Assembly: GCA_054661495.1 (NCBI GenBank)
Contig: BAAFSQ010000427.1
Coordinates: 1-6,780, forward strand
Direction of reading: 5' to 3'
Origin: Zygophlyctis sp. KS116
Taxonomy: Eukaryota > Fungi > Chytridiomycota
Length of the DNA stretch: 6,780 bases
The first letter of the stretch is position 1. Each line of letters begins with the position of its first letter. The translations under genes were made by a program, and so were the position numbers. Positions 6,780-6,780 of this stretch are shown here, one piece after another. Under the pieces are notes generated by a model, which was not told the DNA's origin, ran no database searches, and saw nothing but the letters and a program-made list of their open reading frames with translations.

Positions 6780-6780
6780 A

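Noticed and set aside
1-6780. Alternative genetic code (TAA/TAG = Gln) or RIP as the source of in-frame stops
   Set aside because: TGA stops and frameshifts also occur, and several TAA codons sit where Leu or Lys is expected (I*LDSG, EVT*ML, RA*REMAG). This fits ordinary decay rather than recoding or CpA-to-TpA mutation.

Overview
Eukaryotic, most likely fungal (inferred: an early-diverging, TE-rich lineage with very short introns). The window is a patchwork of decayed transposons with no intact host gene. From left to right: (1) a degenerate Ty3/Gypsy pol on the minus strand (protease-RT-RNase H-integrase, ~66-2714), with the RT YxDD segment deleted and no gag or LTR; (2) a PIF/Harbinger-like remnant with the convergent 3' ends of a transposase (+) and a Myb/SANT-type accessory gene (-), ~2715-3484, interrupted by a ~57-bp non-LTR retroposon stub with a (TTA)n tail and a 16-bp target-site duplication; (3) a coiled-coil-like ORF fragment followed by a tRNA-derived A-box/B-box element (~3710-3915); (4) an apparently full-length but pseudogenised Crypton tyrosine-recombinase gene (Ndc10-like YR domain plus GCR1_C-like domain, 4053-6368, minus) with palindromic GTTA-N-TAAC motifs on both flanks; (5) the CCHC C-terminus of a LINE ORF2 at the right edge. 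The most unusual signal is three apparent 24-27-nt GT-AG introns in the Crypton and Harbinger genes. Family assignments rest on motif recognition, not database searches.
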